Source: Nitrospirota bacterium (GTDB lineage Bacteria > Nitrospirota > Nitrospiria > Nitrospirales > NS-4). Taken from it: 64,000 nt of DNA. The notes under the pieces were generated by a model. That model saw nothing but the letters and a program-made list of their open reading frames with translations, made no database searches and had not been told where the DNA came from. Both the position numbers and the translations under genes were made by a program. The DNA lies in the NCBI GenBank assembly GCA_963788195.1, contig CAWBGA010000002.1, positions 96,001 through 160,000 of the forward strand, in the 5' to 3' direction. Below, piece by piece: positions 32,607 to 40,625 of the stretch. Numbering within the stretch: the stretch's first letter is position 1; every line of letters starts with the position of its first letter.

Positions 32607-33896
32607 TCACTGATGCTTCAAGGTGATCTCTACCCTTGTGACAGAAGCTGCAGCGGCCTTCGCCGTCGGTGGGGCCTGCGTTATGCTGCGATCCCGGTTG
32701 GCAAGGCCTCCTACCACGCCGGTTTCGGTCTGTTTCTGGAGGGGCGTTTCTTGATCCAACAAACTCCGAACGTCGGCCAGGCGCGTCTGCGAGAAGACGA
32801 TCGTCACCCGGTGATCGATGGGTTTTTCAAAGGTAAAAGCGCTGGTTGGGGGAACGAGATAGCGCACCATTTTCTCCACGCGGGCCGTTTCTCCTGTCTC
32901 ATCCGAGGGGAAAAGGATCTTTACATCGCCTGTGGGGCCCCGCGTCAGCACATAGAGATAGCCGCTATCCCGGGGCTCAAGGGCAAGTCGCACCCTATCG
33001 CCGGCCTGAAAAGTCGTCGCCGCATCGACGGTCGAATAAGTTCCTTCAGATTCTTCGCGCAGAACGGAGTACCGGATATTGAGACTCGGAGATTCAGTCT
33101 TCATGGTGTCCTCAGGCGTGACCGCCCGGCCCGCCATCGGCGAGGAACGCCTGACGTCCTCGCGTAGCTTCGCCTTTCGTTCGGGAACCTGCTGCTTGTC
33201 TGCCGTCATCTTGTTGGCTTCCGGTTTGTCCGCGTCGCCCGCACCAGACAACGATTTGTGTTGAGATGGCTCGGGTGGCGGCTGTTCCAGGCCTGCGTAC
33301 TGCTCCTGCTGCTTTTTTTCAGGTGGCGCTGCCGGCGCCAAAGCCGGTACTTCCTCTTTCTTCATCGGGTCGGCAGGTATCGTGACATTGGATTTCGGTT
33401 GCTCGGGAGGAGACTGTGTTCGCTCCTTCAGTGGGATGGCAGGATCGAGTTTTCGGCCTGGGAACTGATCGCCCGACTTCGGAGGTGAAGGGGAATCGGG
33501 TGCGGAGGCGACCGGAGGATTGGCGTCGGTTGTCAGCTGGGGCACCTGGGTAGGCAACTCTACGAGATGAACCACCACAGTCACGGCGAGAAGGGCAACA
33601 ACGGCACCGCCCGTGACCGCCCAAGACGATGGCTGCTGGTACCATGGCTGCTGGAACCATCCCTGCAGTTTTCCGAGCCAGGTGACCTCTGATTGTTTCT
33701 CCTTCAGCGCTTGAACGAGCAGCCGGCGGGAGCGAGGGTCATCAAGCAGCTCCTTTAAGGCCTGCTCGTCAGCCAGGGCATCGAACAGCCGTTGGTTCGT
33801 TAACGCCGCCTCAAAGAGTTTCGTGCGCTCTTGATCAGTCAGCGAATTGGTGGCAAACCCGCCGAGCAGTTTCTCAACGTCGTTGTCCGGCGTCAC
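32607..33896 (-). CDS. Putative single-pass anti-sigma factor with C-terminal DUF4384-like domain
   Basis: N-terminal LLGGFATNSLT..E...LFEAAL; one TM; Pro-rich linker; F..GD.V.L..EP..SGYLYV..LFP domain; start overlaps the ECF sigma stop. Confidence 0.65.
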   Translation of the reverse strand: MTPDNDVEKLLGGFATNSLTDQERTKLFEAALTNQRLFDALADEQALKELLDDPRSRRLLVQALKEKQSEVTWLGKLQGWFQQPWYQQPSSWAVTGGAVVALLAVTVVVHLVELPTQVPQLTTDANPPVASAPDSPSPPKSGDQFPGRKLDPAIPLKERTQSPPEQPKSNVTIPADPMKKEEVPALAPAAPPEKKQQEQYAGLEQPPPEPSQHKSLSGAGDADKPEANKMTADKQQVPERKAKLREDVRRSSPMAGRAVTPEDTMKTESPSLNIRYSVLREESEGTYSTVDAATTFQAGDRVRLALEPRDSGYLYVLTRGPTGDVKILFPSDETGETARVEKMVRYLVPPTSAFTFEKPIDHRVTIVFSQTRLADVRSLLDQETPLQKQTETGVVGGLANRDRSITQAPPTAKAAAASVTRVEITLKHQ

Positions 33897-34423
33897 TGTT
33901 TCTTTCCTTCCCGTTTATGTTCCCAGGCGCCGCCCATCCTCTCAAGCAGTTGCTTTCGGCATCGAAAGTCCCAGGTATAAATGGTATTGATTGAGCTTAC
34001 CCTGAAGAGCTTTTGGATCTCTTGAAAAGTTTTCTCTTCGAGCTTCCACAAGAATAATTGCCGGCAACGCGTGCCCAGACTGTCGATCGCCTTCATCAGT
34101 TGTTCGAGCAGCTCTTTGCGCTCTGTTTCGATCCCGGGGTTGCCCTCTGTATCCGCTACCTGAATCTCATCCAGCGATACTTGGGAATGCTCGGCCCGGC
34201 GCAATGACTTCCGGCGCGTCTCCCAAATCTTATATCGAAGGATTTGAAAGGACAGCGGTACGAGTTCTTCCAACCGCGTCACCTGGCCGTACTTCTCGTG
34301 AAGCACAATCATGACTTCCTGGGCGAGATCTTCCGCCACCTCCTTCGATAATCGAGATGCCGCGAAGCCAACGATCCTTTCACGGAGCTGGGAAAGAATC
34401 TGTTCCCGGTCCATTGGAACCAT
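33893..34423 (-). CDS. ECF-family RNA polymerase sigma factor
   Basis: AEDLAQEV (region 2); L..AIDSL..RCRQLF..K..K.F.EI..L..NTIY...RCRKQL (region 4). Confidence 0.85.
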   Translation of the reverse strand: MVPMDREQILSQLRERIVGFAASRLSKEVAEDLAQEVMIVLHEKYGQVTRLEELVPLSFQILRYKIWETRRKSLRRAEHSQVSLDEIQVADTEGNPGIETERKELLEQLMKAIDSLGTRCRQLFLWKLEEKTFQEIQKLFRVSSINTIYTWDFRCRKQLLERMGGAWEHKREGKKQ

Positions 34424-34517
34424 GGTAGCCGAACCCGTAGCCCATTTCTATGAAGCGGGGGCCCCAGCTCTAAGTGGCTATTGTCAAGGTTGAGGGAGCC
34501 GGTATACAATTTCCGCC

Positions 34518-34796
34518 ATGAATCCCTCGCGTCCACGCAACCCCGGAAGAATGCCGCCGGTTCCACCTGGTTGGAAGAGCCCCGCCGCCGGGCGACCGCC
34601 ACAGCAGGAGCAGTTCCGGTCCTTTCAGGCGTCGGCCCTCTATTGCCCCAAGTGCCGTGAGGCCACGCCGGTCAGGGAGAGGCTCCTCCTGGTCCTTCCC
34701 GACGGCAATCTTTTCGAGTACCGTTGTGCGCGATGCGGGACGTCGACAGGATCAAAAACCGAAAAAAACCAAAAGGACATTCGTATTATTTACTGA
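34518..34796 (+). CDS. Small zinc-ribbon cytoplasmic protein
   Basis: LYCPKC..A.PVRERLLLVLPDG..EYRCARCG. Confidence 0.7.
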   Translation: MNPSRPRNPGRMPPVPPGWKSPAAGRPPQQEQFRSFQASALYCPKCREATPVRERLLLVLPDGNLFEYRCARCGTSTGSKTEKNQKDIRIIY

Positions 34797-34917
34797 ACCC
34801 GTGCTCCGTGGCATTTTAAACCGGCGCAGGCCCTAAGTTTTGAGTTGCCGATAACGTCGGCATTTTGTATACTCCGATGCCCCAAACAGACATTGGTCAT
34901 CTTCAAGGAGGCCTCTT

Positions 34918-35109
34918 GTGAAAGCACTACTCGCCGGCATCCATTCGTTCTTAGTGTTTTTGAGCACCGTGGCGGTCGCGTTTGCTGAGGAGGCTGCCGC
35001 AGAAGGAGCACCGGGCGGGTATGATTCGACCGCCTACGTATGGATAGCCCTGATCGTCATCATAGTGATCTACGGAATATACGATTCCTTCTTCAAGCCG
35101 GTTGACTGA
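34918..35109 (+). CDS. Small membrane protein
   Basis: Strong RBS (aaggagg) before a GTG start; signal-like segment ending AFA plus one C-terminal TM. Confidence 0.6.
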   Translation: MKALLAGIHSFLVFLSTVAVAFAEEAAAEGAPGGYDSTAYVWIALIVIIVIYGIYDSFFKPVD

Positions 35110-35510
35110 AGCGGGCTGATCGACGGCTCGTACAGGACCTGAATGGTATTTCCATCGGGGTCCGCAAGATAGCAGGAATAACTCCCGTCTCTATGCTGTC
35201 TTGGCGCTACGCGAATATGAGCGCCGTTCTCTGTCGCCCATCGCGCCCAGGCGTCCACCGCTGACGGCGTTTCCGCAATGAATCCGAAATGGTCGAGGGC
35301 ATCGCTGCTTCTGGCCTCTTGGGCGTCTTCCGTTACTTCGTGCAGGGCAAGGTTATCCGTTCCCGAGCTCAGGTAACAGTTCTTGGCATCGGGTTCCCAT
35401 ACCACCTTCATCGAAAAAAACTTCATGTAGAAGTCTTTTGCTTTATGAATGTCTCGCACACGGAGCGCGAGGTGCCGCAAGCCTTGGAGCGAGGGCCGGT
35501 CAGTTGACAT
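35070..35510 (-). CDS. VOC/glyoxalase family protein
   Basis: GLRHLALRV.D..KAKDFY, LDHFGF, Y.ADPDGN.IQ. Confidence 0.9.
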   Translation of the reverse strand: MSTDRPSLQGLRHLALRVRDIHKAKDFYMKFFSMKVVWEPDAKNCYLSSGTDNLALHEVTEDAQEARSSDALDHFGFIAETPSAVDAWARWATENGAHIRVAPRQHRDGSYSCYLADPDGNTIQVLYEPSISPLQSTGLKKESYIP

Positions 35511-35634
35511 GGTAACCTCTTCGGACGCCATCATAGCGGAATGCGCGGACTCTGAGAAGCTCAAGTGGCGGCGCGTCGGAGCCGAGAGACCGTAAAGTCT
35601 TGCGACAGGTCGTTCACTCTGGCATGATAAACCT

Positions 35635-36645
35635 ATGCAGAATTGGAACCGGCCCGATCCTTTGACTCGGGATCTGATTCATCTGATCAATGCCAGGCGG
35701 CACGATCATTGGGATGCCGATGCCGCGTTCGACACCCTTGCGGACCTGATCGAGCAAAATCGTGAAGATGAGATTCTCACAGTGTTGGCCGCTCTCGATG
35801 AGGACATGGCGGAGTGGTTATTTGATCTTCTGGCCGAGGCCGCGTCGACGGATGTTGATTCTGAAAGTGATGGGCCCGATTCCGCTGTGTCGATGCTCAC
35901 ACTGGCGCTGCCGCTGCAGGCAAATTTCGGGCAGCCTTTGCGGCTTATCGTCGACCCCGAGGAGACTGTCGCACTGCTTCTGAAACATCTGCGTCTTCCG
36001 CAGACTGCGCAGATTGCAGTGGAAGCCAAATTGCTCACGGACACAACTCTTGACCGTATCAGCCTGCAAGCATTGCACGCGCATGTCGCCTCCCTCTTTC
36101 GGCCTGAGCGGTGGCCTCCCTTGGCGCCGCGCCTGCATCTTCCAGTCGAGCATACGGTGTATCTCCTTTTCGGGATTCGGGACGAAGCCGAACCGACGGT
36201 CCCCGAAGAAATGGCTGATGCCGACAAGGAAGCTCTGTTGGCGGGCCTTCGGGCGCAATGTGCGGATCTTGCGACGGCGCCTCACCTCATTGAGACACCG
36301 GCGTATGCCGCCTATGCTCTATTCGATGCCAAGAACGCGGTTGGACTTCAGCGGTTGGCGGATGAAACCATTGCCGTATGGCGGGAGCTGACGCCTGCCC
36401 TGCGTGGCCGGGTGATCGTCCATCTTCATACGCAGTGCGGAAATGGCGTCTACATGCCGGTTTGGACCGACCTTCTGGACCCGGAAACGGCCGAAGAAGA
36501 CGGGCCGCTTTGGACGTCACCTGATGTTTGGGTTTTTACAGCAGACCTGCCGATAGAATGGCCCGGCGAGGTGCTTACGAACCGGCTCCTGGCAGAAGGC
36601 TGCACACGGTTTGAAAACCACATCGTCGAAACCACGGAAAACTGA
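35635..36645 (+). CDS. Hypothetical acidic protein
   Basis: 336-aa ORF filling the gap between two genes, with protein-like composition; no family recognised. Confidence 0.6.
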   Translation: MQNWNRPDPLTRDLIHLINARRHDHWDADAAFDTLADLIEQNREDEILTVLAALDEDMAEWLFDLLAEAASTDVDSESDGPDSAVSMLTLALPLQANFGQPLRLIVDPEETVALLLKHLRLPQTAQIAVEAKLLTDTTLDRISLQALHAHVASLFRPERWPPLAPRLHLPVEHTVYLLFGIRDEAEPTVPEEMADADKEALLAGLRAQCADLATAPHLIETPAYAAYALFDAKNAVGLQRLADETIAVWRELTPALRGRVIVHLHTQCGNGVYMPVWTDLLDPETAEEDGPLWTSPDVWVFTADLPIEWPGEVLTNRLLAEGCTRFENHIVETTEN

Positions 36646-36663
36646 GCGTTCTACTCTGTGCTC

Positions 36664-37539
36664 TTAAGTCGCGCTGGGCGAGGGATTTGTCGAAGCATCT
36701 TCAAGCGATTCTAAGAGATCTTCCGGCACCTTCAAGTTTCCATAACCGCTGCCCACAAGCAGTTCCGGTTTTGAATCTCCATGAAAATCGCTCCCCCCGG
36801 TACTAATCAGCGAATGCTCTCGAGCTATGCTTCTAAAACGGTCTGCTTGTTGGGTTGTGTGGCTGCTGTGAAGCGTTTCAAGGCCCCCGAGTCCGGAACT
36901 CTTTAGTTCCTCACATAGCTCATTCGTCGAAATCTTTAGGCGGCTGTACATCGGATGAGCCAGAACAGGGACACCACCGATATCGCGGATGAGCGAAATC
37001 GCATCTTTCGCGGTCGGCAGTGGCCGGTCTACATACGCGGGACCGCCGTCGGCAAGGTACAGATCAAATGCGGCCGTGACGCTATTCACGTATCCCTTTT
37101 TCACCATGATCTGAGCAATGTGCGGCCGGCCGATGGTCGCGGCTCCCGCATAGGTCTTGACCTCCTCGTAGGTCAGATCCAGACCGAGATCGCACAATCG
37201 CTCGATGAGCTTCAGATTGCGACCCTCCCGGCTCAAGAGGTATCCCGTCAGGGCGGGTTTCAGACGGGGATGGGCGGGGTTAATAAAGTACCCGAGAATG
37301 TGCAGCTCTGTATTGTGATGCGTGCAGCTGATCTCGATGCCCGGGATGATCCTGATACCGAGCCGTTGCCCCGCGGCTATTGCCTCCGGCAATGCATCTA
37401 CTGAATCGTGATCGGTCACGGCAAGAGCCGAGACACCCTGCTGTTTGGCGAGTTGGACTAGTTCTGTCGGGGAGAGACTGCCGTCTGAAGCAGTGGTGTG
37501 GGTATGGAGGTCAATCCGTGCCAATGAACTCTCTGCCAA
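36664..37539 (-). CDS. PHP-domain phosphoesterase (TrpH/YciV-like)
   Basis: DLHTHTTASDG, AVTDHD, GIEIS, HILGY, GRPH, VLAHP, TGGSDFHG. Confidence 0.93.
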   Translation of the reverse strand: MAESSLARIDLHTHTTASDGSLSPTELVQLAKQQGVSALAVTDHDSVDALPEAIAAGQRLGIRIIPGIEISCTHHNTELHILGYFINPAHPRLKPALTGYLLSREGRNLKLIERLCDLGLDLTYEEVKTYAGAATIGRPHIAQIMVKKGYVNSVTAAFDLYLADGGPAYVDRPLPTAKDAISLIRDIGGVPVLAHPMYSRLKISTNELCEELKSSGLGGLETLHSSHTTQQADRFRSIAREHSLISTGGSDFHGDSKPELLVGSGYGNLKVPEDLLESLEDASTNPSPSAT

Positions 37540-37541
37540 GT

Positions 37542-37616
37542 GGGGTCAGAGTCGATTTTTCAAAGTGTATATCGTTCAAGGGGCTATATGCATGTGCGAA
37601 AATCGACTCTGACCCC
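37542..37616. repeat. 18-bp perfect inverted repeat (REPIN/MITE-like)
   Basis: ggggtcagagtcgatttt (37542-37559) and aaaatcgactctgacccc (37599-37616). Confidence 0.85.
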
Positions 37617-37621
37617 GATTA

Positions 37622-37713
37622 TGGCGGAGAGGGCGGGATTTGAACCCGCGACAAGGTTTTACCCCTGTGACGGTTTAGCAAACCGTTGCCTTCGGCCACT
37701 CGGCCACCTCTCC
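37622..37713 (-). tRNA. tRNA-Ser(GCT)
   Basis: GGAGAGGTGGCCGAGTGG..anticodon loop TTGCTAA, long variable arm, GGTTCAAATCC, CCA end. Confidence 0.96.
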
Positions 37714-37904
37714 GTCTCGGTATTTATGTCAGTTAAGCGAGTAATCCTACCATGACCAAACTGCCGCTGGATATACTTCAGATTCAGACTCTGTTGAACT
37801 TATCCGATACTACCCCACATCTTAAATGGAATGTGTGCAATTTCAGTACAACACATGGATCAGGAATTAATGCTTGTGAGGAAAGCGGCTTCTATGGATT
37901 GAGA

Positions 37905-38654
37905 TCAACCTTCTGGCAGAATATCGAGTGTTGGACGAGTGCGGTTACAGGCGACCTCGAAAGCTGCTCCAATTCGGTCCGGCCACTCGTCTTCTGTCCA
38001 TTGTCGAAGACATGAGACGAAGGCATCCCAACCAAACAAGAACGGCGCGACAGGAATCGCCCAGCACCACACAAAACGCCGAAGCCTTTCCGTCCGTGTA
38101 ATGAACAAAATCGGAAGCAGAATCCCCACAATCACGCCGCCTGGTACAAACACGAGTGAAAACAGCGTCCTTCGCAGGGATTCAAAGATTAGGATGCGGT
38201 CCGCAGAGTTTATGAGATTGACGAGGGCGGAGGAACGCACAGAGCCTGGAAGGTGGTGAAAGGACGACGACACAACCAGAAGGGTCCCGGGCTCCCATTG
38301 ATGGCGCTTTGAAAAATCACATGCAGTGTATTTTGCGATAATTTTTCCCGGATGAGCCTTTTCCAAAGCCTGATAAGCCTTGATGTCCGGTTTCTCGTCA
38401 CAGACAATCAACCGGAGAGCTTCAGACCGGCGATCCTTTACGAGTAGCTTGCTAAGAGGAGCGGTGCCTGCGGCCAGCTCCACAATGCTTTGATACTTCC
38501 CTTCTGTCGCAGTCTGCAGTACTTGGTCGGCCACCCACATGTTATAGGGTCGAAATAAGGTAGTACAGCATTCCAGTACCTCCCGCAGGGTATTCCGCAG
38601 GCCTGTCGGTAGCCACTGCAGGTCCATGAATTCGAAAAAATGAGGAAGAGGCAT
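37905..38654 (-). CDS. Class I SAM-dependent methyltransferase-like protein
   Basis: H.FEF.D..W.P..LR, IVELAAG, SSFHH, I.IFE, WD..VSCLR. Confidence 0.8.
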   Translation of the reverse strand: MPLPHFFEFMDLQWLPTGLRNTLREVLECCTTLFRPYNMWVADQVLQTATEGKYQSIVELAAGTAPLSKLLVKDRRSEALRLIVCDEKPDIKAYQALEKAHPGKIIAKYTACDFSKRHQWEPGTLLVVSSSFHHLPGSVRSSALVNLINSADRILIFESLRRTLFSLVFVPGGVIVGILLPILFITRTERLRRFVWCWAIPVAPFLFGWDAFVSCLRQWTEDEWPDRIGAAFEVACNRTRPTLDILPEG

Positions 38655-39445
38655 CAGAGCATTTGAGTCTGCGCTGCGCTCGGCGCGGGTTCTGCGGCTC
38701 GACTTTGGCCAAGTGTAAGGGCATCGCTGACGAACGCCTTGTAAGCATCTAGGGCCTTCTCTGCTGCTTGGACGAGGGGAGTGAGAAACTCGGGCCTGGC
38801 ACTCAAAAGTTTTCCTAACTGCTCTTCGTTAAACCGTGTGTGCGCCACATCGGCCTTCACATGCTCCTTGATAAAGCTGAGGCTTTGCAGAATAGCGGGA
38901 CCTAAGACATCAATGCACTTTTGAATCAAGCGCGGACCGTATTCGACTGAGATTCTCTCGATCTCGTATTCGATGGCAATCTGGCCATAGGGCGTATCAC
39001 CGGCAATGGTCTCCTCGTGCAGTTCTTGATACCTCACCACACCAGGCGTGGGGGGCAATCCCAATATTTTTTCGACGTCAAGATGGGGTGTTCTCCTCGC
39101 ATTCCAATTTGACACCAGCGCCCTCGTGTCTTCGATCATCATAAGATGGTGCCCGGCTTCATGCTTGGAGTGCGCTTTTAGAAACTTTCCAAGTTCCAAG
39201 AGACCGAGCTCTTCAGACCGCTGTCCCGCTCTCTTGATCCAGTCTTCGACCGGTTCTGTCATGCGGACCCCTAAGGCACAAAAATAAATGAGAAATAGTT
39301 CCCGAAGCACCGGATCGTCAAAGGTGAGAACATAAGTCAACGTAGGGTCTGTGGCCATTTTTGTTCGAGCCGGAAGAATGCTGGATTCATATCGGAGCAA
39401 GGCCGCCTCTGAAGACAGCAAGGCAGTTTTTGGTTTCAACCCCAT
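38654..39445 (-). CDS. Heme-oxygenase-like diiron oxidase/oxygenase (HDO superfamily)
   Basis: Helical protein with TEPVE, HSKHEAGH, EYEIE and EHVKADVAH ligand patterns; RBS aaggag; stop overlaps the methyltransferase start (TGATG). Confidence 0.7.
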   Translation of the reverse strand: MGLKPKTALLSSEAALLRYESSILPARTKMATDPTLTYVLTFDDPVLRELFLIYFCALGVRMTEPVEDWIKRAGQRSEELGLLELGKFLKAHSKHEAGHHLMMIEDTRALVSNWNARRTPHLDVEKILGLPPTPGVVRYQELHEETIAGDTPYGQIAIEYEIERISVEYGPRLIQKCIDVLGPAILQSLSFIKEHVKADVAHTRFNEEQLGKLLSARPEFLTPLVQAAEKALDAYKAFVSDALTLGQSRAAEPAPSAAQTQML

Positions 39446-39979
39446 ATGGTCTCCTTCTATGGCGCGCGTGGAATGTCCTTATACCGTATTCTGTGAATCT
39501 GCAGCAACGCAAAATGTGCTGCAGCTGGCGATTGCCCGTTGCTTCTCGAACCAGGGAATCTTTTAATCTTGGCCTGCGGGTCGGCTACGGAGGAGAAGGA
39601 CTATCCAATTGCACCCCACTTCGCTGTCAGACACCGGAGCACAGTCCTAAGCCGGAGAGCAAGCCATGAGCCTCCGGGTCACACTCGCGGCGGCTACCGG
39701 TTCGATATCACTAGTCGCGGGAACGGCTCCGCTTTCTGGTCGCGATAAACGAGTAGACTACTTGCTCTTCTCGCCCTATCATTGCGGCTAGTCCATTAAA
39801 TCGGCTCGATTTGCTAGCATTCCAAGATTACCGTCCAGGCGACTAGGAAATCCTCAGCCCTGTCACGGGACGCTCCTGAGAACGGTGCGCTTTTTGAGAC
39901 GATCGATTGGCAATTTGGGTGTATTCTCTGAGGCTGTAACACATTGCCGTGACATCGGCGCTTACATGAACAGGGACCT

Positions 39980-40519
39980 ATGGGGTTGACTCCTGAAGAG
40001 GTAGATGCCAGCAACCTTGACAGCACGTACAATTCTCTTCTCACGCTCTGGACCTCAGGGATTCGTGACTACCATAGCCTGCTCTCCGATTATTTGACCG
40101 CCAATTCAATCTTTATCGCGGCTATTGGATTCCTATTTGCCCGGCAGCCCGTCACTCTCCTCTTTAGCATTGTGACTATCATGCTGTGCCTGTTCGGGAT
40201 TCTCATGTCGCTGCAAATGGCAATCGTAGTGGGGCGCTTTTCGATCCAGAATTTCATCTGGGAATGGCGGCTTCGGGGCATTGAACAATCCCCAAACTGG
40301 CGCAAGCCAACATTATTCCTGGATATGCATCGATTTCGTGATCAACACACGCCATTAGAACAATGCGGCTCTGATCCGCCGACCGTGTACCCGTCGTGGG
40401 CGATCCGTCAACACCGTCAGTGGTGGGCACGCCGAGCAATCAGTTTCCCGTTATTCTTTGGCCTTGTTTATGGACTGCTTGCCCTGTGGGGGCTCACCCA
40501 GCTCTTTGCTCAGCCGTAA
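39980..40519 (+). CDS. Hypothetical membrane protein (2-3 TM)
   Basis: 179-aa ORF with two adjacent TM segments and a C-terminal hydrophobic segment. Confidence 0.65.
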   Translation: MGLTPEEVDASNLDSTYNSLLTLWTSGIRDYHSLLSDYLTANSIFIAAIGFLFARQPVTLLFSIVTIMLCLFGILMSLQMAIVVGRFSIQNFIWEWRLRGIEQSPNWRKPTLFLDMHRFRDQHTPLEQCGSDPPTVYPSWAIRQHRQWWARRAISFPLFFGLVYGLLALWGLTQLFAQP

Positions 40520-40625
40520 GATTCAATGAAGGTTAGTGCCGTGAGCTGTGACAGAACGAGTGACATTTTCATGCGCAGCTGACAGGACGGTAACAAAAAT
40601 TCCCACCGCCGTACGAAGCAGTTCG

